Origin: Candidatus Latescibacterota bacterium
Lineage (GTDB): Bacteria > Latescibacterota > UBA2968 > UBA8231
DNA: 16,105 bases
Assembly: GCA_965205655.1 (NCBI GenBank)
Contig: CBDBIJ010000124.1
Coordinates: 1-16,105 of the forward strand
Direction of reading: 5' to 3'
Below are positions 1-9,280 of this stretch, piece after piece. How positions within the stretch are numbered: the stretch's first letter is position 1; each line of letters opens with the position of its first letter. The position numbers were made by a program, and so were the translations under genes. The notes beneath the pieces were generated by a model, which had not been told where the DNA came from, did no database searches, and saw only the letters and a program-made list of their open reading frames with translations.

Positions 1-2579
1 GCACGCGCCATGCCGAGGCTCGTGTGGATGGCAGCGTCGTCGGGAACGAGCTCAAGGGCCTGTTGGTAGGTCTCGATCGCCTCGTCGTAGCGCTTCTGGC
101 GGTGAAAGACATCGCCCAGTCCATAGCGAGCCATGCCGTCGTCTGGATCCAGTTCACAGGCTCGCAGGAATTCGGCGAGAGCCTCGGATTGACGGCCCTG
201 TTTCGCATAGGCAAAGCCCAGATTCCTGTGCATGCGAGGGTTGTCGGGATGTGCGCTCAGCAGATCCTCGGTGAGCTCAACCTGTCGCTGCCGCGGCTCC
301 AGTTGCTCGAACAGGCGGCGCTCGACTGCTGCCGCACGGGGCTGGTCGAGGTCCGCGTAGAGGCGGGCCAGATTCAGATGTGGCCGAGGCGCCCAGGCGG
401 TGTTTCTGGTGGCGGTGATGAAGGCGGCCAGCGCGTCATCGGTTCGACCAACGCGTCTGTAGGCGACGCCGAGAAAGTTGGCGTACTCCCAGTTCAAAGG
501 GTCGAGAGCCTGCGCTTTCTCGAGAGCATCGATCGCACTCTGGTCGCGGTTGAGGTTCAGATACGTCTTGCCCAGGAGAAGGTAGGCGCGATCACCGCCG
601 GGATCTCTGCGCACCGCCTCCGCCAGCTCGGCTGCGGCATTCTCCAGGCGGCCCTCTGCGTAGTACATGCGACCGGTGTGATAGAGTTGCTGTGGGCCCA
701 GGTTGATATTCGATGCCGAATCGGCTGATTCCGGCGCGGCGTCGTGGGGCACAGGAGGTGGCGGTGCCGAGTCACGAAGTTCGGACACAGATTCTTGCGT
801 CGACGGCATCGATGTGGTGCGGTCTTCGGCGGGAGGAGCGGCTGGGACGGGCTCGGCAACAACAGCGTCATCTCCCTCGCGGACGGCGACGTAGCGGCGC
901 AACGGCAGATTTTCGAGTACCTGTCTCGTGCCGGACGGCCAGCGGATTTCGACGCGCGTGGTCTCCTGTGATTCTCCCAGCCCAAAGAGAAGCCGCGGAT
1001 CGTGCTGCGACTGAAAGCCGTAGCCTCTGTGAACTTCGCGCGTCTGCACAAAAGAGCCGGATCCGACGCGAACCGAGGCTCCGATGGCGTCCCGGTTGCT
1101 TTCGACACCCTCCAATTCGAGGCCGATCCATGCGTTGCTGTTGCCGCCATCGTTGCGCAGCAGGGACGGCACGTCGTTGAGGTCCATGACGAAAAGATCC
1201 ACATCACCGTCGTTGTCATAGTCGCCGAAGGCGCTGGCGCGGCTGACTTTTTCCTGTGAGAGGCCCGATCCCGCCGCTCCACCGACCTCGATGAATTGGC
1301 CCCCGATGTTTCGATAGAGCAGATTCCGCTGCGCGTAGCGCTGACCGGAAGACAGTTGCTCGAGTTGGGGGTAGAGGTGACCGTTGGCGACGAAAAGATC
1401 GAGCCAGCCGTCGTTGTCGTAGTCGAAGAAGGCGGTGCCGAAGCCGAGCAATGGCCGCACGACGCCGTCGAGGCCGGCACGAGCCGTGACATCGGCGAAC
1501 AGCCAGTCACCTTCGTTGCGATAGAGGGTGTTTACGTCTTCGGAGAAATTGGTCACGAAGAGATCGAGATCACCGTCGTTGTCGTAGTCGCCGCCGTGCA
1601 CCCCCATGCCGGCCTGCGATCTACCGTCCTCCGTGTAGGCGACCCTCGCTGCCATGCCGATTTCGACAAAGCGCCAATCGCCATCGTTTCGGTAGAGCTG
1701 GTTGGCCTCGGAGTCGTTGGCCACATAGATGTCCAGATCTCCGTCGGCATCGTAATCTCCGAACGCGACCCCAAGGCCGGGATAGGCTCGGTCGGCTATC
1801 CCCGTCTGGATGCTCACATCGGTAAAAGCGCCGTCGGCATCGTTCCGGTACAGACGGTCCGACTGCGGGGGAATCCCTTTCGGCCCGTAGAACACTTCCA
1901 GACCTTTATAGAGCCACTTTCTGCCGCCTGCGGGAGGTGCATCGAGATCGAACTCGAGATAGTTGGTGACGTACAGGTCCAGCAGCCCGTCACTGTCAAG
2001 ATCGCCGAAGGCGGCACTGGACCCCCAGCTGTCGTCTCCCACGGCGGCCTCGGCGGTCACGTCGACGAAGGATCCCCCGCCGTCGTTGCGCAGCAGCTGG
2101 TTGGGCCCCCAGTAGGTCAGGTAGATGTCGGGATCAGCGTCGTTGTCGTAGTCGCCGACGGCGCAACCCATGCCCCAGGCCGCCGATCCGAGACCGGTTT
2201 TATCCGTAACTTCGCCGAAGATGCGCAACCTCCCATCACTGTGATCTGGTTCGTTGCGGAAGAGGCGATTTCTCGACTCTGCAGATGGGCTGATGAGGGT
2301 CGTGCCGTTGACGGTGAGCAGGTCGAGCCAGCCGTCACCGTCGTAGTCGAGAAAGGCGGCGCCTGCAGACATGGTCTCGAGGATATAATCCTGACTGGCG
2401 CTGCCGGATACGTTGCGGACGGACAGCCCGGATATTCCGGTCACGTCCTCGAAGCGAACGCCCGCAGTGGATGACTGAGTGTGGAATGCCGTTACCGGCT
2501 TCGAAGAGGGATGAGGTGCCGCCAGCTCGCAGCCCGCCTGTGCCAGTGCGAGCGCGATACCAGTGAGGGCCTTGAACAT
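1..2579 (-). CDS. CRTAC1-like FG-GAP repeat / ASPIC-UnbV domain protein with C-terminal TPRs, probable lipoprotein (3' end outside window)
   Basis: Manual minus-strand translation: ATG at 2579 (alternative 2591) gives MFKALTGIALALAQAGC, a lipobox-like signal; then VRFEDVT..YILETMSAGAAFLDYDGDGWLD, seven DxDxD[GA]xxD repeats (about 2350-1200), ASPIC/UnbV-like SNRDAIGA..GFQSQHDPRLLFGLG..VEIRWPSG (about 1130-890), a Pro/Ser linker and TPR-like helices (ALELVPDDAAIHTSLGMARA at the edge). The frame appears open to position 1, which would explain its absence from the ORF track. Confidence 0.92.
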   Translation of the reverse strand, partial: MFKALTGIALALAQAGCELAAPHPSSKPVTAFHTQSSTAGVRFEDVTGISGLSVRNVSGSASQDYILETMSAGAAFLDYDGDGWLDLLTVNGTTLISPSAESRNRLFRNEPDHSDGRLRIFGEVTDKTGLGSAAWGMGCAVGDYDNDADPDIYLTYWGPNQLLRNDGGGSFVDVTAEAAVGDDSWGSSAAFGDLDSDGLLDLYVTNYLEFDLDAPPAGGRKWLYKGLEVFYGPKGIPPQSDRLYRNDADGAFTDVSIQTGIADRAYPGLGVAFGDYDADGDLDIYVANDSEANQLYRNDGDWRFVEIGMAARVAYTEDGRSQAGMGVHGGDYDNDGDLDLFVTNFSEDVNTLYRNEGDWLFADVTARAGLDGVVRPLLGFGTAFFDYDNDGWLDLFVANGHLYPQLEQLSSGQRYAQRNLLYRNIGGQFIEVGGAAGSGLSQEKVSRASAFGDYDNDGDVDLFVMDLNDVPSLLRNDGGNSNAWIGLELEGVESNRDAIGASVRVGSGSFVQTREVHRGYGFQSQHDPRLLFGLGESQETTRVEIRWPSGTRQVLENLPLRRYVAVREGDDAVVAEPVPAAPPAEDRTTSMPSTQESVSELRDSAPPPPVPHDAAPESADSASNINLGPQQLYHTGRMYYAEGRLENAAAELAEAVRRDPGGDRAYLLLGKTYLNLNRDQSAIDALEKAQALDPLNWEYANFLGVAYRRVGRTDDALAAFITATRNTAWAPRPHLNLARLYADLDQPRAAAVERRLFEQLEPRQRQVELTEDLLSAHPDNPRMHRNLGFAYAKQGRQSEALAEFLRACELDPDDGMARYGLGDVFHRQKRYDEAIETYQQALELVPDDAAIHTSLGMAR

Positions 2580-2642
2580 AGTCCCCGCCATTTGTTCATT
2601 GCATGGTTATATCGAGGCGTAAGCAGGGCTGGAATATACGAA

Positions 2643-4148
2643 ATGGTGCAGCTGCGACAGTTCACTGTGAAGTGGAGACTGAACGAGATTTTCGGGATCG
2701 ACCCGCGTTCGCTGGCGTTATTCCGAGCGTCGATAGCTGTAATCTTACTCGTCGATCTGGTTGTTCGTCTGCAGGATTTTCGCGCCATGTACACCGAGGA
2801 GGGAATCCTGCCGCTGCTACAGGCGGCACAGTATCACAAGGACTGGCGCTGGTCGCTGAATCTCCTCTCCAGCTCTACCGAGTTTCAAGCCTCCCTCTTC
2901 GCGCTGGCCGGCGTGTGCGCCCTGGCGCTGCTGGTCGGATACCGGACGCGTCTTGCGGTTATTCTGACGTGGATGCTGGTGGTCTCACTCCACGTGAGGA
3001 TGCCGCTGGTCCTCAACGCTGGTGACGCCTATCTCCGGCTGCTGTTGTTCTGGAGCATGTTCCTGCCACTGGGCGAGGCGTGGTCGTTGGACGCGCGCCG
3101 TCGTGCGCGTTCCCGCGCCGGCTCAGCTGGGGATGTGCCCATGCTGTCTGCGGCGACGGTGGGGATCGTCCTTCAGGTGTGCATCGTGTACTGGTACGCT
3201 GGTCTGACCAAGCTTAATCAGGTGTGGTTGGCGGGTGATGCCATGGACCACGTGTTGCGCTATTCCATGTTGGTGAAACCTCCTGGCGAGTACCTGCTGA
3301 ACTACCCCGATTTCTTGACGTGGATCACGAAGGGAACGCTCCTGTTGGAAATTGCCGGCCCGTTCCTGTTGTTCATTCCCTGGAGGTGGGTCCGCCCAGC
3401 GGCGATCGCCGCGTTTGCAGCGTTTCATCTAGGCATCGAGCTGACTCTGTACGTCGGACAGTTCGCTTTCGTGAGCCTGTGTGGCCTGACTCTGTTCTTA
3501 CCTCGTGCATTCTGGACGAATCCCTTTTCCGCCGCCATCGGTAATCAGGTGAAGTCGCTTTTGAAACGCCATGTGCCAGAGATGGCGGGAAGGGCGCCAC
3601 ACCTTTCGGAGCCTCCGACCAGTGGACGACTGGAAAGATGGGCGCGGCGGACGAGCAACGCCGTGTGCCCGCTCTTCCTCATCTACCTGGTGGGTTCCTG
3701 GGATTTCTCGACACTGAGATACCGAGAGATGCCGGCATGGCTGAAGCCGATCGGAAATGTGACCATGCTGCCCCAGGCATGGGGCATGTATCATACGGCC
3801 ATTCCGCGTGAACACTGGTACATCTACAAGGCCACGCTGCGCAACGGCAGAATGATTGACATTCTGCCGGAAGGAGTACTCACCTCGTTCGAGCCGACGA
3901 CACGGCGATCAGAGGCTTTTCCGAATCACCGCTGGCGCAAAATCCACACCCGTCTGGTGGATGCGGAGCACAGGGCCTATCGACAGCCGTTGGCGGAGTA
4001 CATGTATCGCAGATGGAACGATGGGCATGGAGAGGAGGAGCAGATTGAGCTTCTGGAAATGTTCTCCGCCACCAGGGAGGTCGGTCGCAACGCCGAGACG
4101 AAGGGGAAATGGATCGCCCCGTTTGCCCGCGTCGCACAGCGGCGCTGA
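2643..4148 (+). CDS. HTTM-domain (vitamin K-dependent gamma-carboxylase-like) membrane protein with soluble C-terminal domain
   Basis: ORF 2481-4148; ATG 2643 preferred because earlier starts overlap the divergent gene. Motifs RSLALFR, LLVGYRTR, NAGD..LLLFW..FLP....SLD, YWYAGLTKL...W..G, LLEI, FHLGI; several hydrophobic segments. Confidence 0.85.
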   Translation: MVQLRQFTVKWRLNEIFGIDPRSLALFRASIAVILLVDLVVRLQDFRAMYTEEGILPLLQAAQYHKDWRWSLNLLSSSTEFQASLFALAGVCALALLVGYRTRLAVILTWMLVVSLHVRMPLVLNAGDAYLRLLLFWSMFLPLGEAWSLDARRRARSRAGSAGDVPMLSAATVGIVLQVCIVYWYAGLTKLNQVWLAGDAMDHVLRYSMLVKPPGEYLLNYPDFLTWITKGTLLLEIAGPFLLFIPWRWVRPAAIAAFAAFHLGIELTLYVGQFAFVSLCGLTLFLPRAFWTNPFSAAIGNQVKSLLKRHVPEMAGRAPHLSEPPTSGRLERWARRTSNAVCPLFLIYLVGSWDFSTLRYREMPAWLKPIGNVTMLPQAWGMYHTAIPREHWYIYKATLRNGRMIDILPEGVLTSFEPTTRRSEAFPNHRWRKIHTRLVDAEHRAYRQPLAEYMYRRWNDGHGEEEQIELLEMFSATREVGRNAETKGKWIAPFARVAQRR

Positions 4149-4243
4149 CGAGACATGGCGCTCCCGCCAGCGGAATCTACCGACCCGGTGCATGACCGCG
4201 ACGCGATGACGACAGCCGTCGACAAATGCTCCGTCTGTTCTCT

Positions 4244-5056
4244 TTACTCGAACAACCTCAACCAGTCGAGATGATTCCTGGCGACAGCGTCTGGATGAGC
4301 TCTGCTCCGGGCGATGAATCCGGGGACCTGAGCGCGCCCGGTTGGCAGCCGTGAGTTGCTGTAGCGAATGTCGAGACTCCAGCGGATGTGATCCGACGCG
4401 TTCGCCGTTGATCGGTGCACGGTTTTGTGCTGCACGAGCAGAACACCGCCAACGGGCACGGGACAGCAGACAATTTCTCCCGGTGGGATTTCGATAAGGT
4501 CTTCCGGACCGCGGTCAAATGCCAGGATGCCGTGCTTGTGGCTGCCGACAATCACTTCCAGGCATCCGTTTTCCGCATTTGCATCGACGAGTGGGAGCCA
4601 GAAGTTGATCATGAACGTGTCCTCGGCATCGCCGCTCAGAAATCCGATGTCCTGGTGCCAGGGAACGACCGCCTTGCCATCCGGCAATTTCGCACGCGAG
4701 TTGAACTGCGGGTGAGCGAGAATTTCCGCGCCAATGACGCTTTCGACGATGTCCAGAAGCGGCGCTAACGTCATCACATGGTACATCCCGGCAGTTTTGC
4801 GCTTGCCGCCTATGTCCCTCAACACTTCCGCGCAGTCCCCATCCATCGCCTGATGAATGCTGAACAGCCTGCGCTCAAACGGCTCGTCGGCAAAGAGATT
4901 GCCTAGACGCCCCTGTTTGTGGTATTTGCGTGCCCACGTATCAACGACGCCGTTCAATTCATCGATCAACGGTTGCAGTTCCTGCGGATCGAAGACAGAT
5001 TCGACGAGCAGATAACCCTCTTTCTTATACGCGTCAATCTGATCGGGAGTCAGCAC
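4244..5056 (-). CDS. Phytanoyl-CoA dioxygenase (PhyH) family Fe(II)/2-oxoglutarate dioxygenase
   Basis: LTPDQIDAYKKEGYL N-terminus, PWHQD (HxD), NFWLPL, ENGCLEVIVGSH, distal HRS, RWSLDIRY; GTG start with GGAG upstream. Confidence 0.93.
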   Translation of the reverse strand: MLTPDQIDAYKKEGYLLVESVFDPQELQPLIDELNGVVDTWARKYHKQGRLGNLFADEPFERRLFSIHQAMDGDCAEVLRDIGGKRKTAGMYHVMTLAPLLDIVESVIGAEILAHPQFNSRAKLPDGKAVVPWHQDIGFLSGDAEDTFMINFWLPLVDANAENGCLEVIVGSHKHGILAFDRGPEDLIEIPPGEIVCCPVPVGGVLLVQHKTVHRSTANASDHIRWSLDIRYSNSRLPTGRAQVPGFIARSRAHPDAVARNHLDWLRLFE

Positions 5057-5113
5057 TTGGTGTTTTCTCCACTGCGCGTCGATGCGAGATTTCTGAGAAC
5101 ATCCCGCCGGCAG

Positions 5114-5165
5114 AGAATATGCGGAGCCGCTGTCTTTGTCACATGAGAGGGGGGCAGGCTATCTT
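5114..5165. promoter_or_regulatory. Putative overlapping divergent sigma70-type promoters
   Basis: Plus: TTGTCA (5136-5141), 18 nt, TATCTT (5160-5165). Minus: GTGACA (5142-5137), 17 nt, TATTCT (5119-5114). Located between divergent genes. Confidence 0.5.
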
Positions 5166-5202
5166 AGCCGACATCGCCAGGTACCAATGAGGAGACTGGT
5201 CA

Positions 5203-7440
5203 ATGGCTTCAGATTCCGAACTGAAACACATAGCAGGCACTGAACCGCTGACATGGGAAGGGGACATCGCCTCCAGACTCGTGGACGGCGCCGACGATTT
5301 CCTGCTGCGCAAACTCACCGAGTCTATCGAGGGACGTTCGCAATACTGGACGCGCGACTGTTCGTCGACGGCAGCGTATGCCGAATCCGTCGAACCGAAC
5401 CGGCAGCACTTGGCGCACATCCTCGGCGTCCGAGACGCGCGACCACCGGCAACCGGCATGTCACTGGTGGGGACGACGGAGCAGCATTCGCTGGTTGGCC
5501 GCACCGATGCCTACGAGGTTCACGCCGTGCGCTGGCCTGCCTTCGGCGACGTGAATGGTGAGGGGCTGTTGCTGCAACCGATCGGGCGATTGCCGATCGC
5601 CGATATCATCGCCGTTCCCGATGCGGATCAGACTCCGGAGCAGATCGTCGGGTTGATCGCAGGCGTGGCTGTCGAGTCTCAATACCCCCGCCGGCTCGTG
5701 GAGAGCGGCTGCCGCGTCATCGTGCCGGCGCTCATCGATCGCACCACGGAAGAGCACGATATGTCGCGGCGCGAGTTCCTCTATCGGTCCGCCTTCGAGC
5801 TGGGCCGACATCTCATCGGCTACGAAGTGCAGAAGATCCTGGCCGCCGCCGACTGGTTTGAGCGCGACGCCGGCGACGATGCCCGGCCGACTGGAATCGG
5901 TATCACCGGCTGGGGAGAGGGGGGTCTTCTGGCACTCTATGCCGGCGCTCTCGATGCGCGCCTCACCACGATCTGCGTCAGCGGTTACTTCGATTCGCGC
6001 CAGGATATGTGGCAGGAGCCGATCGAGCGTAACATTTTCGGACTGCTCGAGCAGTTCGGTGACGCTGAATTGGCCAGTTTGATCGCCCCCCGGTCGCTCA
6101 TCGTCGAGGCAGCTGCGGCACCGGATGTGACCGTGCCGCCCGGGGGTCGCGCCGCTCCTGGCAGGTTGACGACACCCGATCCGATCACCGTGAGCGACGA
6201 ACTCGAGCGCGCCCGCAAGCTGGTGGAGGGCCTGGATCCGGCGCCGGACTTCAGACTGATCATCAGTGGCGATGGCAGCGGCCCTTGCGGGTGCGACGAA
6301 ACTCTACAGGCTTTCCTCGAAGCGGTTTCCGGTGATGCGCGTCTCGCCGTTCCGGGAGCTCCGCCGCCGCATCTGCATGCCGTCTTCGATCCCGACGAGC
6401 GTCAGCAGCGATTGCTGCACGAGCTGGACCGCCACAATCAATGGCTGTTGCGCGAGAGTCCAAAAGCTCGCGACGCGTTCTTTGAAGGACTCGATTGCCA
6501 GTCTCTGGAGACCTTCGAGGAGACCATCGAACCGTATCGGGAGCATTTTGCCGAGGAGATCATCGGACGCTTCGATGATGAACTGCTCCCCTTCAACGCG
6601 CGCTCACGCCTGGCGTACGACGAACCGGACTGGCAAGGCTATGAAATCGTCCTGGATGTGTTCGAAGATGTCATCGCCTACGGCATCCTGCTCCTGCCGC
6701 GGGATCTCGACCCCGGGGAACAGCGTCCAGTCGTCGTCTGCCAGCACGGCCTCAACGGTCGCTCTCAGGACGTCATTGCCGGAGACGCCAAAGCCAAGCG
6801 TGTCTATGGCGAGTTTGCCGTTCGCCTGTGCGAGCGCGGGTTCATCACTTTCGCGCCGCAGAACCTCTACCTCTTCGGAGATCACTTCCGCACACTGCAG
6901 CGCAAGGCGAATCCGCTGAAGAAGACCCTGTACTCCATCATGGTGCCGCAACACCAGCAGATCCTCAACTGGCTCAAGACGCAGCCCCATGTCGATCCCG
7001 AGCGCATCGCCTTCTACGGACTCAGCTACGGAGGCAAGACGGCCATGCGCGTGCCGCCACTGGTGAGCGACTACTGCCTGTCGATCTGCTCAGCCGACTT
7101 CAACGAGTGGGTCTGGAAGAACGCGGCGACCTGGAGTACCTACAGTTACGTCTTCGGCGGCGAGTACGAGATCTTCGAGTTCGATCTGGGAAGCACCTTC
7201 AACTACGCTGAGATGAGCCGGCTCATCTGTCCCCGGCCGTTCATGGTCGAGCGCGGTCACTTCGACGGCGTTGCACCCGACGAAACCGTGGCCTACGAGT
7301 ACGCCAAGACCCAGCGACACTACGACCTGCTCGGCATCGGCGACCGCACGGAAATGGAGGTCTTTGTGGGACCTCACTCCATCAACGGCGTTGGAACGTT
7401 CGAGTTCCTCCACAGTCATCTGGACTGGCCACAGTCGTAA
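5203..7440 (+). CDS. Tandem alpha/beta-hydrolase (dienelactone hydrolase / esterase-like)
   Basis: GAGGAG RBS; C-terminal domain has VVCQHG, nucleophile elbow GLSYGG, and candidate Asp (HFDGV) and His (GPHSING); N-terminal domain has GWGEGG at the equivalent position. Confidence 0.85.
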   Translation: MASDSELKHIAGTEPLTWEGDIASRLVDGADDFLLRKLTESIEGRSQYWTRDCSSTAAYAESVEPNRQHLAHILGVRDARPPATGMSLVGTTEQHSLVGRTDAYEVHAVRWPAFGDVNGEGLLLQPIGRLPIADIIAVPDADQTPEQIVGLIAGVAVESQYPRRLVESGCRVIVPALIDRTTEEHDMSRREFLYRSAFELGRHLIGYEVQKILAAADWFERDAGDDARPTGIGITGWGEGGLLALYAGALDARLTTICVSGYFDSRQDMWQEPIERNIFGLLEQFGDAELASLIAPRSLIVEAAAAPDVTVPPGGRAAPGRLTTPDPITVSDELERARKLVEGLDPAPDFRLIISGDGSGPCGCDETLQAFLEAVSGDARLAVPGAPPPHLHAVFDPDERQQRLLHELDRHNQWLLRESPKARDAFFEGLDCQSLETFEETIEPYREHFAEEIIGRFDDELLPFNARSRLAYDEPDWQGYEIVLDVFEDVIAYGILLLPRDLDPGEQRPVVVCQHGLNGRSQDVIAGDAKAKRVYGEFAVRLCERGFITFAPQNLYLFGDHFRTLQRKANPLKKTLYSIMVPQHQQILNWLKTQPHVDPERIAFYGLSYGGKTAMRVPPLVSDYCLSICSADFNEWVWKNAATWSTYSYVFGGEYEIFEFDLGSTFNYAEMSRLICPRPFMVERGHFDGVAPDETVAYEYAKTQRHYDLLGIGDRTEMEVFVGPHSINGVGTFEFLHSHLDWPQS

Positions 7441-7454
7441 CGCGGGATCTGGAC

Positions 7455-8405
7455 ATGCTGAAAGTAGCTTTTATCGGAGCAGGTGGACGAGGACGGAGCG
7501 CTCACTACCCATCCGTCAACCGTCTGAAGGATGTCAGTATCGAGGCGGTTGCAGAGCTCGACGAATCACTGATGCGGACTGTGGTGGAGGAATACAACAT
7601 CCCGCGATCCTTCAAAGACTACCGGGAAATGCTGGCAACGGTGGATCTGGACATCGTTTACTGCATCATGAATGAGAGATTCGTGACGCCTATCGCCATT
7701 GACTGCATGAATGCCGGCAAGCACATCGCCATCGAGAAGCCACCCGGCCAGAACGCCGCTGAGACCCAACAGCTGCTGGACGCCGCTGTTGCCAACGACG
7801 TCTACTGCATGGTTACGTACCAGCGCCGTTACGCGGCCATAACCCGTGAGGCCATGCGCCTCGTCGCAGAACGCGGGCCCGCGACCTTGGCAATGGGAGA
7901 GTTCCACAAGCCCGGTGATCCTGACGGAGACGCTATGGGGTCCATGTGGAGCGACATCTGCCACGTAACGGATTTGGTGCGCTACATGATGGGCAGCCAA
8001 GTGGTGGAGGTTTCCGCCTATCAAGACGCTCAGGAGAATGGCGCGAAGAACGTCTTCAACGGACTGATCCGGTTTGACAACAACGCTGTGGGAATCGTTT
8101 CAGGCAATCGCTGCTCAGGCGGACGAGTTCTGCGATCGGAGCTTCATGGACGGGGCATTGGCTGTTATATGATGCATATGCCGAAGCAGATCGAAATCTG
8201 TGAGGCTGGAGAGGATCGGCGCATCGTGCCAGGGTGGGAACTCACCGGCACCGATCCAGACGATGAGCCGGCCTACGAGGGAGTTCTGGCAATGCACCAA
8301 CACTTTGCGGATTGCGTCAGAAGCGGTGAAACGCCGTGCAGCGACATTCGCGATGTCATACAATCGTCGCATCTGGTTGAGCAGATAATGGGCAACACGA
8401 GTTAG
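7455..8405 (+). CDS. Gfo/Idh/MocA family NAD(P)-dependent oxidoreductase
   Basis: Rossmann motif VAFIGAGGRG, AGKHIAIEKPP, YQRRY, DICHVTD; 14 bp after the hydrolase stop. Confidence 0.92.
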   Translation: MLKVAFIGAGGRGRSAHYPSVNRLKDVSIEAVAELDESLMRTVVEEYNIPRSFKDYREMLATVDLDIVYCIMNERFVTPIAIDCMNAGKHIAIEKPPGQNAAETQQLLDAAVANDVYCMVTYQRRYAAITREAMRLVAERGPATLAMGEFHKPGDPDGDAMGSMWSDICHVTDLVRYMMGSQVVEVSAYQDAQENGAKNVFNGLIRFDNNAVGIVSGNRCSGGRVLRSELHGRGIGCYMMHMPKQIEICEAGEDRRIVPGWELTGTDPDDEPAYEGVLAMHQHFADCVRSGETPCSDIRDVIQSSHLVEQIMGNTS

Positions 8406-9280
8406 GACTGTTTCCGCAAACACTCCTCGACAGGGCACCTCGCTTCACATGTCCCGATTGAGGACTGACGGAGCTGGTCATCGTGCGACTCTGCTGCAAA
8501 GGGCCCACGACGGCGTGTGAGGCATTGTAACTATGGCTCAACCCAAAATTTCTATGGAGGAAATCAAAGAACAATTTGATGGAGGAGGCTATGTAATTCT
8601 CAATGATTTTCTCGATTCAGCCATCGTGGAAAAAGCCCGCAACGAACTGGAAAGATTGGTAGATCATCAAGCTCAGAGGCTTCTCACGAGTGGTAAAATC
8701 AACGACCCTCTTTCGACAGAGCCCTTTGAGACCCGTCTGGCACGGTTATTCGAACACTTCCCCGAAGACGCGCCTACACTTTTCCGGCCTGAGCTGCACC
8801 TTCCCGGCTTGTTTTACCTGTTCTTCCATCCCGGTTTGATAGATGTCGTCGAAGGGTTTCTCGGCCCCGAGATTCGCCTTTACCCAAATTACACAGTCCG
8901 CCCCAAGTTACCCGATCACGAACCTTCACGGGTCCTGTGGCATCAAGATGGAGGTTACACCAAGGGACAGGTGGAGGAATTGAGGATGGTCAATGTATGG
9001 ACTCCCCTGGTGCCCGCTCGGGTAGAAAATGGCTGCATGCAGTTTGTCCCTGGAACCCAGCGGCTAGGAATCGTTCCGCATGAGCGCATGAAGCACTATC
9101 TGGAAATAAATGAGACCTACCTTGCACCGAGGTTGAGCGAGGCAGTTTCTATCGAGTTGGATCCAGGGGACATCGTTATTTTCCACAATCTTCTTTTCCA
9201 TCAGGGGTTGCCGAATCTTTCGAAGACAGTCCGATGGAGTTTGGATTGGCGTTATCAGGACTCTACCCAGGATACTCTAA

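Noticed and set aside
557..1510. 317-aa minus ORF rich in Ser/Thr/Arg
   Set aside because: Alternative frame of the FG-GAP gene with no protein-like motifs.
1200..2350. Recurring gtcgttgtcgtagtcg words as a possible CRISPR or DNA repeat array
   Set aside because: They encode DYDND motifs, vary at synonymous sites and are spaced about 150-250 bp apart.
24..2474. Long plus-strand ORFs (24-728, 744-971, 1002-1259, 1296-2474)
   Set aside because: All are codon-aligned antisense shadows of the minus-strand FG-GAP/TPR gene; their VVVVV runs mirror GAC/AAC/TAC codons.
8405..8426. Hairpin GGACTGTTT-CCGC-AAACACTCC after the oxidoreductase stop
   Set aside because: 8 of 9 pairs, weak stem and no U-tract; not enough to call a terminator or an IS end.
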